32,000 nucleotides of DNA from an archaeon (GCA_024277355.1 JAJRVL010000004.1:180001-212000), one strand, 5' to 3'; positions 1 through 8,577 are shown, numbered from the stretch's first letter. The notes: generated by a model from the sequence alone, not told the origin. Numbers and translations: made by a program.

Positions 1-347
1 GGAATAGCTTTTATTTCATACTGCAAAAGTTTAGTTGCAATTTCATCCATTAAATCAACTAAATCATCCATTAAATGAGTTATTCCATGAATATCTTCTC
101 TGTCAAGAGGAGTAATAAAACTTTTATGCAGTAAAGCAACAATTTCATGAGTTAAATGGTCTGCTTCCTGTTCAATTTTAACTATTTCTTTTACTTTCTT
201 TTTTCTTTGAATTAAAGTTAATTTATTATAGTCCTTTAAAAGTTTTCCAAACAAACTTCCGGTTTTACAAACCATTTCAGACTGCTTTTTAAGTAAATCA
301 AAAAAAACATCTTCCTGAGGCATAAAAAATTTAATTACTCTTTTCAT
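1..347 (-). CDS. PhoU-like / DUF47 family protein, truncated by the window edge
   Basis: Manual reverse translation from ATG at 347: MKRVIKFFMPQEDVFFDLLKKQSEMVCKTGSLFGKLL...EADHLTHEIVALLHKSFITPLDREDIHGITHLMDDLVDLMDEIATKLL. This matches the DUF47/PhoU-like helical pattern (E.D.....I...L..S.ITP.DREDI..L...DD..D). Confidence 0.75.
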   Translation of the reverse strand, partial: MKRVIKFFMPQEDVFFDLLKKQSEMVCKTGSLFGKLLKDYNKLTLIQRKKKVKEIVKIEQEADHLTHEIVALLHKSFITPLDREDIHGITHLMDDLVDLMDEIATKLLQYEIKAI

Positions 348-437
348 GCTAAAGTTCGGTGAAACAAAATTTATAAACCATGTAGTAAAAAACAAAGCAT
401 ATAATAAAAATAACTGCCTTAAACAATGATTTAAGCT

Positions 438-521
438 GCACGAGTAGGAAAGCGGTCAAATCCGCAGGGTTTAGGACCCTGTCTCTTAGTGAGTTCGCAG
501 GTTCGAATCCTGCCTCGTGCA
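438..521 (+). tRNA. tRNA-Leu (anticodon TAG)
   Basis: Acceptor GCACGAG/CTCGTGC; anticodon stem CAGGG-TTTAGGA-CCCTG giving anticodon TAG; long variable arm (CTC TTAG TGAG region, class II); T arm GCAGG-TTCGAAT-CCTGC. Confidence 0.95.
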
Positions 522-591
522 TTCGCGATTCCGCTCGCGAGTGACGGTGCAAGACATTCGCTTACGCTCAGTCTAGCTGCTTCGCAAAAAA

Positions 592-1398
592 ATGATTACT
601 ATGATTGGAGTCGATTTAGGTTTAAGTTCATTTAAAGCAGTTCAAATAGAAAACAAAAAAATTAAAGAAAAAAAAAGAGTTTTTTTAAACGAAAAAGACA
701 GCATTGAAAAACAAATTCAAAAATTTTTTTCTAATTCTTTTTTTTCTGAAGAAAAAATTGCTTTAACTGGAGCTTACACAAAAAAAGCAAAAAATATTCT
801 TGAAAAAGAATTTAGTTTAGTTAATGAAATTAATTCAATTGGAAAAGGAAGTTCCTTTTTATCAAAAGAAAAAAACTTTCTGGCAGTTTCTGCAGGAAGC
901 GGGACAGCTTTTATTTCATTTAAAAACAATAAAGCAGTACATGTAGGCGGAACTGCAATAGGCGGAAAAACAATTACAGGCTTAAATGAATTAATTATAA
1001 AAGAAAAAGAATTCAGTAAACTTGAAAAAAATGCATTAAAAGGAAATTACATTAAAACAGATTTAATGCTTTCAGATGTTTATCCAAAAGGAATTGGTTT
1101 ACTGAAAAATAATGTTTGTGTTTCTCATTTTGGTAAAATTAATTCAAAGAAAAAAACAGATTTAAGTGCAGGAATATTTAATTTAGTTTTACAGGGAATT
1201 TCAATTAATGCATTGTTTGCAGCAAAAGCTTTTAATCACAAAAAAATAGTTTTTTCAGGTTCATTATCTGAAACAAAATTATTCAAAAAAACATTTAATG
1301 AATGCAGAAAAATATTTAATTTAGCTGAACCAGTTTTTTTAAGCAACGCAGGGTTTGCTTCAGCTGTAGGAGCAGTATTAATTGCAGAAAAAAAATAA
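592..1398 (+). CDS. coaW: Type II pantothenate kinase (CoaW/PanK-II family)
   Basis: IGVDLGLSSFKAV (ASKHA phosphate 1), TG, EINSIGKG, VSAGSGTAFI, VGGTAIGGKTITGL, FGKI, DLSAGIFNLVLQGI, IVFSGSL, NAGFASAVGAVL. Confidence 0.85.
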   Translation: MITMIGVDLGLSSFKAVQIENKKIKEKKRVFLNEKDSIEKQIQKFFSNSFFSEEKIALTGAYTKKAKNILEKEFSLVNEINSIGKGSSFLSKEKNFLAVSAGSGTAFISFKNNKAVHVGGTAIGGKTITGLNELIIKEKEFSKLEKNALKGNYIKTDLMLSDVYPKGIGLLKNNVCVSHFGKINSKKKTDLSAGIFNLVLQGISINALFAAKAFNHKKIVFSGSLSETKLFKKTFNECRKIFNLAEPVFLSNAGFASAVGAVLIAEKK

Positions 1399-1435
1399 AA
1401 CAGTTTTTGATAAAACTTTTTTTGAAAAAGTTTTT

Positions 1436-1508
1436 AGGAGAATGGTCTAGTGGCTATGACATCGCCCTCACACGGCGAAGATCGGGAGTTCAAATCTCCC
1501 TTCTCCTA
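1436..1508 (+). tRNA. tRNA-Val (anticodon CAC)
   Basis: Acceptor AGGAGAA/TTCTCCT, D arm GTC TAGTGGCTAT GAC, anticodon arm TCGCC-CTCACAC-GGCGA (CAC), T arm GGGAG-TTCAAAT-CTCCC, discriminator A. Confidence 0.9.
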
Positions 1509-1516
1509 TTATTAAT

Positions 1517-2869
1517 TCACGAATTTTTTATCAGTAAAATTTTTCCTTTAAAGCCGTTGTTTTTTATTTCAGATAAAATTGAAGTCATCTGCCATAAATA
1601 AAGAGTTCTTTCTTCAATTACAATTTCAGTGTAATCTTTATAGACAGTTGATTCAATTACTTTTGATGCAAGAAATTCATTCCTTAAATGTTTTTCCGGA
1701 TTAAATTCTTCGTCAAAAAATAAAATTCTGTAAGAATTAATTTTTCTTAAAGGAGTTGCTTCTTCAACATACAAATAGGAATCAGAATTAAATTTTTCTT
1801 GAAGTATTTTTTCTAATTCGCCTGTCCTGAAATTTCTTTCAGGAGAAATCAAAGCATAATAACTCCACCCTGCTTTATCTGACTTAATTATTTTCCCAAA
1901 TTTTTCAACTTCAAAATCAATTTTTTCTTTTTCAAGTAATTCAGGCAGACCATAAACAAATAATCCTGCTCCTGAATCCTTCTGCTGGAAACTATAAATA
2001 AAATAATTAGGCTGAATCTCCCTTCCAAAAGAAAACTCCATAAATTCAGCTGAAGTAATAACAAAAGAAAATAATAAAATTAATGCAAAAACTGCATTTA
2101 ACAAATTAATCTTTAATTTTCCTGATTTTTTTTCAGTAATAAAATAATAACTTAAACCAAAAAACAAAATAATTGAAGACGCATAAAAATTGTTTCCTAT
2201 TTCAATAGGAAGAATTACATCGGCAAAACCAATAAATCCAATAACCATTAAAGGAAGCAGAGTAGCAAAACCATGATTTTCTGTTTTAAGATAATTTCTG
2301 GAAAAATACAAAGAAATGAAAAAAATTGCCATCATTGCAGCACCAGAACTTACTCCTCCATCTAAAACAGAAATAATTAAAGCTAAAAATCCGGCAATAA
2401 AAACAAAAAAATTAAAAAAACTGTCTTTGTTTAACCTTGAATTAATAAAAAGAATTCCTGAAATTAAAAGCATTAATTCAATGAACAAGTAAAATAAAGC
2501 CCACAAATCTGCATTAGGAATAAAAGAATACCAGGGAAAACCATTATCAAAATTAGAACCTAAATTTAATCCAAAAAAAGATTCAAAAGCATAAATTGAA
2601 GCTTTAGGAAAATGATTGTGGCTTAATTTAGATGCCTGCCATGAAATTACTCCGTCTTTTTCAGCCATAGTTGCAAAAGGCCCTAAAGACTTGTATTCTA
2701 ATCCCACTAAAGAAAACTGCATTACACCTAAAGCATAACCTAAAAAAGCAAACAACACAAAAACAGTCAGAAACTTTTTTGAATAAGGTTTTATTTTTTC
2801 AGTTAAATTAAATTTAATAAACAAAAAAGAAATTAAAGGCAGTAAAAAAAACCAAAAAAGCATTAGCAT
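1517..2869 (-). CDS. Hypothetical multi-pass membrane protein with C-terminal soluble domain
   Basis: Long ORF with many hydrophobic segments in the first ~270 aa followed by a charged ~170-aa domain. No family recognised. Confidence 0.7.
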   Translation of the reverse strand: MLMLFWFFLLPLISFLFIKFNLTEKIKPYSKKFLTVFVLFAFLGYALGVMQFSLVGLEYKSLGPFATMAEKDGVISWQASKLSHNHFPKASIYAFESFFGLNLGSNFDNGFPWYSFIPNADLWALFYLFIELMLLISGILFINSRLNKDSFFNFFVFIAGFLALIISVLDGGVSSGAAMMAIFFISLYFSRNYLKTENHGFATLLPLMVIGFIGFADVILPIEIGNNFYASSIILFFGLSYYFITEKKSGKLKINLLNAVFALILLFSFVITSAEFMEFSFGREIQPNYFIYSFQQKDSGAGLFVYGLPELLEKEKIDFEVEKFGKIIKSDKAGWSYYALISPERNFRTGELEKILQEKFNSDSYLYVEEATPLRKINSYRILFFDEEFNPEKHLRNEFLASKVIESTVYKDYTEIVIEERTLYLWQMTSILSEIKNNGFKGKILLIKNS

Positions 2870-2875
2870 TGTTTT

Positions 2876-3007
2876 TCAGGTTGAATTTCCTTCAAAAACA
2901 CTTTGGCTTATTCCATGAACTACTAAAAGAACAAATTCACTTAAAAAAGACAATACAGCAATAACTGCAATTAAACCTGAAAAATACAGTAAATTCTTTT
3001 TTTTCAT
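2876..3007 (-). CDS. Small membrane protein (43 aa), not in the ORF track
   Basis: Reverse-strand translation MKKKNLLYFSGLIAVIAVLSFLSEFVLLVVHGISQSVFEGNST*. It has one or two hydrophobic stretches and sits 6 bp upstream of the 1517-2869 membrane gene. Confidence 0.5.
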   Translation of the reverse strand: MKKKNLLYFSGLIAVIAVLSFLSEFVLLVVHGISQSVFEGNST

Positions 3008-3087
3008 TTAAAAACCTTTTAAGCCTTATACATTAAACAGCATAAAATTAAATATGTTATTTGTCTTAATAGGTTTGGTGGGAGAAA

Positions 3088-3777
3088 ATGGTTAATGAAA
3101 AAGCTCAATTAAGAGAAACCATAAAAAAAACTGAAAGCAATTTATATAAACTATCAAAACAGTTTGAAGAAACAGAAAAATTAAATTCAAACTTAAAAGA
3201 AACCTATGACAGCATTTTATTAATGGAAAAAATAACAGAAGAAAACCCTGTTTTAACTGCAATAGCAACAAAAGAAATAAAAGAAAAAAAACTGGTTTCT
3301 TTATTTAAGCAAATGGAAGAAAAACTTGCATTAACAAAACAAAAAATTAATTCATTTGATGATAATTCAACCAGAGCAAAATTATTTTTAGAAAACTTCC
3401 GTACAACAAGAATATATGAATTCAATGATTCTGAATCCATGGAAAATTTCGTTAAACAATCTTATCCTTTATTTTCTATTTCAAGAGTTTTATTTAAACC
3501 AGAGTTTGTTGGAACCATAAAACTTGAAAGCATTGCAGAAGAATTAAATGAAAAAGCACAAGGAAACCAAATGATAAGCATTTCAACAGAAAAACTACCT
3601 AAATTAATGGAAATAATCGAAAAAAAAGATTTATTCAAAAACGCAAGAATAGAAAACGAATTACTTAAAACAGTCATCAAAGGACAAACAACAATATTAG
3701 TTGATTCAGATAATGCAAGAATAAGAAGATTAGACAGGTTATGCAAGCAATTTGACGGAAAATGGAAAGAAGAATAA
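3088..3777 (+). CDS. Hypothetical coiled-coil-rich protein
   Basis: 229-aa ORF with a charged N-terminal heptad-like region. The upstream sequence includes GGTTTGGTGGGAG. Confidence 0.65.
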   Translation: MVNEKAQLRETIKKTESNLYKLSKQFEETEKLNSNLKETYDSILLMEKITEENPVLTAIATKEIKEKKLVSLFKQMEEKLALTKQKINSFDDNSTRAKLFLENFRTTRIYEFNDSESMENFVKQSYPLFSISRVLFKPEFVGTIKLESIAEELNEKAQGNQMISISTEKLPKLMEIIEKKDLFKNARIENELLKTVIKGQTTILVDSDNARIRRLDRLCKQFDGKWKEE

Positions 3778-3887
3778 AACACCTGCAAAAAAAAATTATT
3801 TAATAAAAAAACTTATTAATTAAAAAACATTGAAAATTAATATACAAAACATAAAAAAAAATTATTTTGTTAAAAGAGTGATAAAAA

Positions 3888-4757
3888 ATGAAAAGAATAA
3901 GAGTAAACAGAGGATTAGCTAAAATGCTTAAAGGCGGCTGCATAATGGATGTAACAAATGAAAAGCAGGCAAAAATAGCAGAAAAATCAGGAGCAGTAGC
4001 AGTAATGGCATTAGAAAGAATTCCAGCTGACATAAGAAAAGACGGAGGCATTGCAAGAATGAGTGATCCTTCTTTAATAAAAAAAATAATGAAAGAAGTT
4101 TCAATTCCAGTAATGGCAAAAGTAAGAATAGGACATTTTGCTGAAGCACAAATTTTAGAAGAAATAGGAGTAGATTTTATTGATGAATCAGAAGTATTAA
4201 CTCCAGCAGACAATGAATTTCATATAAATAAAATAAAATTCAAAACTCCTTTTGTATGCGGCGCAGTAGATTTAGGCCAGGCATTAAGAAGAATAAATGA
4301 GGGAGCATCAATGATTAGAACTAAAGGCGAAGCAGGAACAGGAAATATAATTGAAGCAGTAAAACATATCAGAACAATTAATTCAGAACTGCAAAAACTA
4401 AAAGAAAAAGAAATTGACATACAGGAAAACTGGGCAAGAAAAGAAAAAATTCCTTTTAGTTTATTAAAATAAACTTTAACAAAAAAAAGAATTCCTGTAG
4501 TTAATTTTGCTGCAGGAGGAATTGCAACTCCAGCTGATGTATCTTTAGTAATGCAGTTAGGAGTAGAAGGAGTTTTTGTTGGTTCAGGAATATTTAAATC
4601 TTCAAATCCATTAAAATTAGCTAAAGCAATAGTTCAGGCAACAACTTATTTTAATGACCCAAATAAATTAGCTAAAGCTTCATTTAATTTAGGAAAAGCA
4701 ATGAAAGGAAATGAATTATCTGAATTAAAAGAAAGATATGCTTCAAGAGGAAAATAA
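3888..4757 (+). CDS. pdxS: Pyridoxal 5'-phosphate synthase subunit PdxS, interrupted by in-frame TAA at 4470-4472
   Basis: N part [36 protein letters not shown]...GGIARMSDP...[11 protein letters not shown]-like; C part [41 protein letters not shown]. Both halves lie in the same reading frame. SD-like GTGAT is upstream of ATG. Confidence 0.9.
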
Positions 4758-4772
4758 AAAAAGTGATTTTAT

Positions 4773-5330
4773 TTGATTATTGGAATTCTTGCATTACAAG
4801 GAGACTTTGCAGAACACAAAGAAATTCTGGATAAACTTAAAGTAGAAAGCATTTTAGTTAAAACCAAAGAAGACCTTGAAAAAATTAATGGATTGATTAT
4901 TCCGGGAGGAGAATCAACTGCAATTGGATTATTGCTTGAAAAAACTGGTTTAGGAAAACAAATTATTTCAAAAGCAAAAAAAGGATTAGTAATTTTTGGA
5001 ACTTGTGCAGGCGCAATATTGCTGTCAAAGAAAGTTTTAGGAAAAAAAGAATTTTCTTTTGCATTAATTGACACAGTAATTGAAAGAAATAGTTTTGGAA
5101 GACAAAATGATTCTTTTGAAGAAAAAATAAAAACAAGTTTTGGTGAAATTTCAGTTTCTTTTATTCGTGCACCAAAAATTAAGTCAATTGGAAAAAAAGT
5201 TCAGGTTTTAGGAAAACTAAAAAACGAAATAGTAATTGCAAAACAAAAAAACATTTTAATTGCAACCTGTCACCCTGAAATAACTTTAGATACAAAATTA
5301 CATGAATACTTTCTGAAAATGATTAGATAA
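4773..5330 (+). CDS. pdxT: Pyridoxal 5'-phosphate synthase glutaminase subunit PdxT (TTG start)
   Basis: GILALQGDFAEHKE, LIIPGGESTAIG, FGTCAGAILLSK, ATCHPEITLD: a class I glutaminase with Cys and His-x-Glu. SD GTGAT at about 4763-4767. Confidence 0.92.
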   Translation: MIIGILALQGDFAEHKEILDKLKVESILVKTKEDLEKINGLIIPGGESTAIGLLLEKTGLGKQIISKAKKGLVIFGTCAGAILLSKKVLGKKEFSFALIDTVIERNSFGRQNDSFEEKIKTSFGEISVSFIRAPKIKSIGKKVQVLGKLKNEIVIAKQKNILIATCHPEITLDTKLHEYFLKMIR

Positions 5331-5385
5331 TTCCTGAAAATAATTAAATAAAAGTATTTTAAAGTACAAAAAACAATATTTTTTT

Positions 5386-6264
5386 ATGAGAAGAAAAGCA
5401 AGAAGAACTTCACTTAAAAAAAAGCAGGGATTTCACGGAATAAATCCAAAAGGAAAACTTCTTGATATTAATCAACCAACAGGACAAATAGTTTCAATTA
5501 ATGGAAAAACTTACTATAAAAAAACTCCATTTAAAACATATAAAATGGAAAATAAATCCGGGTTATTAGAATCCATAAAAAAAAGACAAGGCACACCAAT
5601 AAACAAAATTGCAAGAGAAATGACTATAGGAGAATCAATTGTTCTAAGAGGAATCTGGCGGGAATATAACAGAGCAGTAAAAACAAAAAAAATTACTAAC
5701 AGAAATTATTCTTTAAGGCCAATGAAAATTTTAAGAGTTAATGCAAATAAAAGAAGTCCAAACAGCAATTTTATTTTAGCTGAATTTATAGATAAACCTA
5801 CTGTAAGTGATTTACTTAACTTTCTTAACTCAAAAAAACCACAAAAAACAAGAGTAAATGAATTATGTGAAAAATTTCTTAAAGCAAATGGATTAAAAAA
5901 CTGTTTAAGTTCAAAAATAGCAAGAAGAATACTTAAAGCAGAACTTGGTCTTGCAGAAAAACAAGCTTTTGAAGATTTAGTTCAGTCAGCAGAAACTATG
6001 CGAATCAATGCAAAAAAAAGAGGTTTAAACAAAAAGTTTACTCTTGACGTGAGAAACACTAATTTAATGCTTGAATCATACAAAAACAAAAAATTTAATT
6101 TTGTTTTAATTGACCCTTTATTTCCTCAAGATGGAATAAGAGATTTACCTTCAATTCCAAGAACAAAAAAAAGAAATAAACTGGAAGAATGGGAAAACAA
6201 AAAACCAAAAGAACTTTACAGTCCAAAAGGACATGAAAAAAGAATAAACAAAATTAGTCAGTAA
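5386..6264 (+). CDS. Basic hypothetical protein, possible divergent kinase-fold protein
   Basis: 292-aa ORF. Contains LAEFIDKPTVSDLLNFL (hinge-like) and LDVRNTNLMLESYKNKKFNFVLIDP (D-x-x-x-x-N ... IDP, catalytic-loop/DFG-like pattern). The N-terminus is highly basic. Confidence 0.65.
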   Translation: MRRKARRTSLKKKQGFHGINPKGKLLDINQPTGQIVSINGKTYYKKTPFKTYKMENKSGLLESIKKRQGTPINKIAREMTIGESIVLRGIWREYNRAVKTKKITNRNYSLRPMKILRVNANKRSPNSNFILAEFIDKPTVSDLLNFLNSKKPQKTRVNELCEKFLKANGLKNCLSSKIARRILKAELGLAEKQAFEDLVQSAETMRINAKKRGLNKKFTLDVRNTNLMLESYKNKKFNFVLIDPLFPQDGIRDLPSIPRTKKRNKLEEWENKKPKELYSPKGHEKRINKISQ

Positions 6265-7549
6265 ACGCCGAAGCAGTTACTCCGCCGTCCCAAGAAAATC
6301 TAGGGCGAATTTTAACCATCCATAAATTTTCAGTGTTATCATCAAGTATAAGCGCAAACCCTTTTGATTTAGGCATTTCCTGATAATATTTATCAAAATT
6401 CTGATGCATATAAGAAGGACGCAAAGCTGAAACAGCTTCAATATCCGGCTGAGAAGTCATTCTATGACTGATAAATAAATCGCATTGAGAAATTGAATCA
6501 GGATGCAGTTTGTCAGGACGCTGTGTTGCAAGAACTAAACTTAAACCCGGCTGTCTTCCAACCCTAACCCATTCCAACAAAACTTTTAATGCAATACTGC
6601 TTCTGTCTTTTGGCATAAACATATGTGCTTCATCTATTAGCATCCAAACAATAGGCATATCTGATTCTTTTTTTTCTCCTTCAATTAATTTCATTTCTTC
6701 TTCTTTTCTATAAAGCATTCTTTCTTCAAATAATCTTTTGCCGATTAAAGCAACAATTATTTCTCTTGTTCCTTCCATTCCAATTGCCTGTCTGTAAGCA
6801 GAAACATCAATTATTGTTATTTTTCCTGGTTCAGCTAAATCCTTTATTTTTGTTCCTTCTTTTTCAAATAAACCCCATGATTTAGCAACTTTTAGTCTTC
6901 CAACAACTGCATCTTTTGTTTTTTTATCTGCATCTTTATCTGACTGAACAGCAGAAATAATTTTTGGAATATCAAATAAAGTTCCAAGTTTTTCTTTAAC
7001 TGAACTAATTATTCTTGAAAGCAATACTCCTTCTGGTTCTTTCCATGTTAAATTAAATAAAGCAAGCCATTCTTCTGATTCTAATTCTGAAACTTTTAAA
7101 GTAAAAGCTCCGTCAACTGGAATTTTTTTTTCTTTATAAAAAGGAAGTTTTCCTTTTGGCACTAAAACTCTTACATCAGTTTTATCAGGAGTTAAATCCC
7201 AATTAAATAATTCTGCTTTTTGTTCTTTGTTTGGAATTTTTAAAGTCCAGAAAATTCCCACAGTGTCAATTGCAATAACTGAAATTCTTTTTTTGATATG
7301 CAAAGGCTGTCTTGCAAATTCTTCTAATAAAACAGCCATAGTATAACTTTTTCCGCCGCCTCTTTTGCCGCAAATTAAAACTACATGAGGTTTAGCTAAA
7401 TCCATTAAAATTTTTCTTCCTAAAACAGGGTTTTCACCTGAACTCATTACAACTTTTCCAATATAAGCAGTTCCTTTTTCTCTATGTTTTTCTAAGTCAT
7501 GCAGACTTCTCCCAATTACTGCTTTTTTTTCTCCTAAATCAATTGTCAT
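6254..7549 (-). CDS. HerA-like / DUF87 ATPase
   Basis: Walker A CGKRGGGKSYT, Walker B-like VWMLIDEAHMF, SLVLATQRPDKLHPD, SQCDLFISHRMTSQPD. Confidence 0.88.
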   Translation of the reverse strand: MTIDLGEKKAVIGRSLHDLEKHREKGTAYIGKVVMSSGENPVLGRKILMDLAKPHVVLICGKRGGGKSYTMAVLLEEFARQPLHIKKRISVIAIDTVGIFWTLKIPNKEQKAELFNWDLTPDKTDVRVLVPKGKLPFYKEKKIPVDGAFTLKVSELESEEWLALFNLTWKEPEGVLLSRIISSVKEKLGTLFDIPKIISAVQSDKDADKKTKDAVVGRLKVAKSWGLFEKEGTKIKDLAEPGKITIIDVSAYRQAIGMEGTREIIVALIGKRLFEERMLYRKEEEMKLIEGEKKESDMPIVWMLIDEAHMFMPKDRSSIALKVLLEWVRVGRQPGLSLVLATQRPDKLHPDSISQCDLFISHRMTSQPDIEAVSALRPSYMHQNFDKYYQEMPKSKGFALILDDNTENLWMVKIRPRFSWDGGVTASAFTD

Positions 7550-7659
7550 AAAACTCTGTAATAAAAAGAATAACGTTAATTAAATAGTTTTTGCTTAAAA
7601 GAAATCAACTGCAATACACTTTAATAATTATTAAAAACTGTTTTAGACAGAAAGTATTA

Positions 7660-8226
7660 ATGGAATACGTTATTTTAGATACAGAAACCTGTCCTGTTAA
7701 ATTAGAAAAATATTTAGAATTAAATGAAACTGACAGAAAAAAATTATTAAATCCAATTGACTCAAGATTAGTTGCAATAGGATTAAGATATAATGCAAAA
7801 ACAGTAATCATTCAAGATAAAAACGAAAAAATAATGTTAGAAGAATTCTGGAATGAACTAAAGACAGCAAGAAAAAATAAATCAAAAATAGTCGGCTTTA
7901 ACATAAAAGATTTTGATTTACCTTTTTTAGTTACAAGAAGTTTTATTAATAATGTTAAAATTGAATCATTTATAATTAAAGATGTAATTGACTTAAGAGA
8001 AAAAGTTTCTGCTTTTCGTTATGGACAGACAAGAGGAAAACTAAAAGAATTCGGAGAATTCATGGGAATTGAATTACATGAAATGGATGGAAGTAAAGTT
8101 GCAGAAGAATGCATTAAAGGAAATTTTGAAAAACTAAAAGAATACTTAAAAAAAGATTTAGAAATAACAGAACAAATGCTAAAACGAATTGTTGAAACAA
8201 GAATAATTGAAATTGAACGCTGGTAA
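7660..8226 (+). CDS. Predicted 3'-5' exonuclease, DNA polymerase B exonuclease-like (RNase H fold)
   Basis: MEYVILDTETCP (DxE), VGFNIKDFDLPFLVTR (ExoII-like FNxxxFD). Start taken at ATG 7660, because the upstream extension from 7591 is not family-like. Confidence 0.75.
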   Translation: MEYVILDTETCPVKLEKYLELNETDRKKLLNPIDSRLVAIGLRYNAKTVIIQDKNEKIMLEEFWNELKTARKNKSKIVGFNIKDFDLPFLVTRSFINNVKIESFIIKDVIDLREKVSAFRYGQTRGKLKEFGEFMGIELHEMDGSKVAEECIKGNFEKLKEYLKKDLEITEQMLKRIVETRIIEIERW

Positions 8227-8577
8227 AAGCCGGTTTCGCCCGGCTGGAACGATGCACTATCTTCACTTCGTTCGATAGAGCTTCCTTAATTAAATAAAAA
8301 ATAAGAATTAGGGGAAGACGCTTTGCTTTTGCAAAGCGCTCCAGGGATTTTGTTCTGCAAAGTTCGTTTTTGTTAAACCTTCAGGAAAAGCAGAGGAATT
8401 TATTCCTCAATTTTGATAAAACTTTTCCAAAAAGTTTTAGGCAAAGGAATTAAGTTTTTGGCAGCAAACTAATTCTCTTTTTGGTATTTTGGGAGTTTAG
8501 AAAGTTAAGAAAGAAAGTGCTGCTGTTAAACATAAGGGGGTCTTAGTGGTCTAACAGCAGACACTTGTGTGGGAGTA
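8227..8577. ncRNA. Hairpin-dense convergent intergenic region, candidate structured RNA(s)
   Basis: Perfect stems: AGCCGG/CCGGCT (8228-8245), CGCTTTGC-TTTT-GCAAAGCG (8319-8338), GAGGAA/TTCCTC (8393-8408), AAAACTTTT-CCA-AAAAGTTTT (8418-8438), CTGCTGTTA/TAACAGCAG (8520-8560) extended by GTG/CAC. Confidence 0.35.

Noticed and set aside
349-552. 67-aa minus-strand ORF in the track
   Set aside because: It lies across the tRNA-Leu gene and its GC-rich 3' flank. The protein has no plausible features, so this is a spurious ORF.
3888-4757. Frameshift in pdxS at the A-run near 4481-4488
   Set aside because: Both halves are in the same frame (starts at 3888 and 4551 are both divisible by 3) and the junction aligns without gap, so the interruption is a single in-frame TAA and not an indel.
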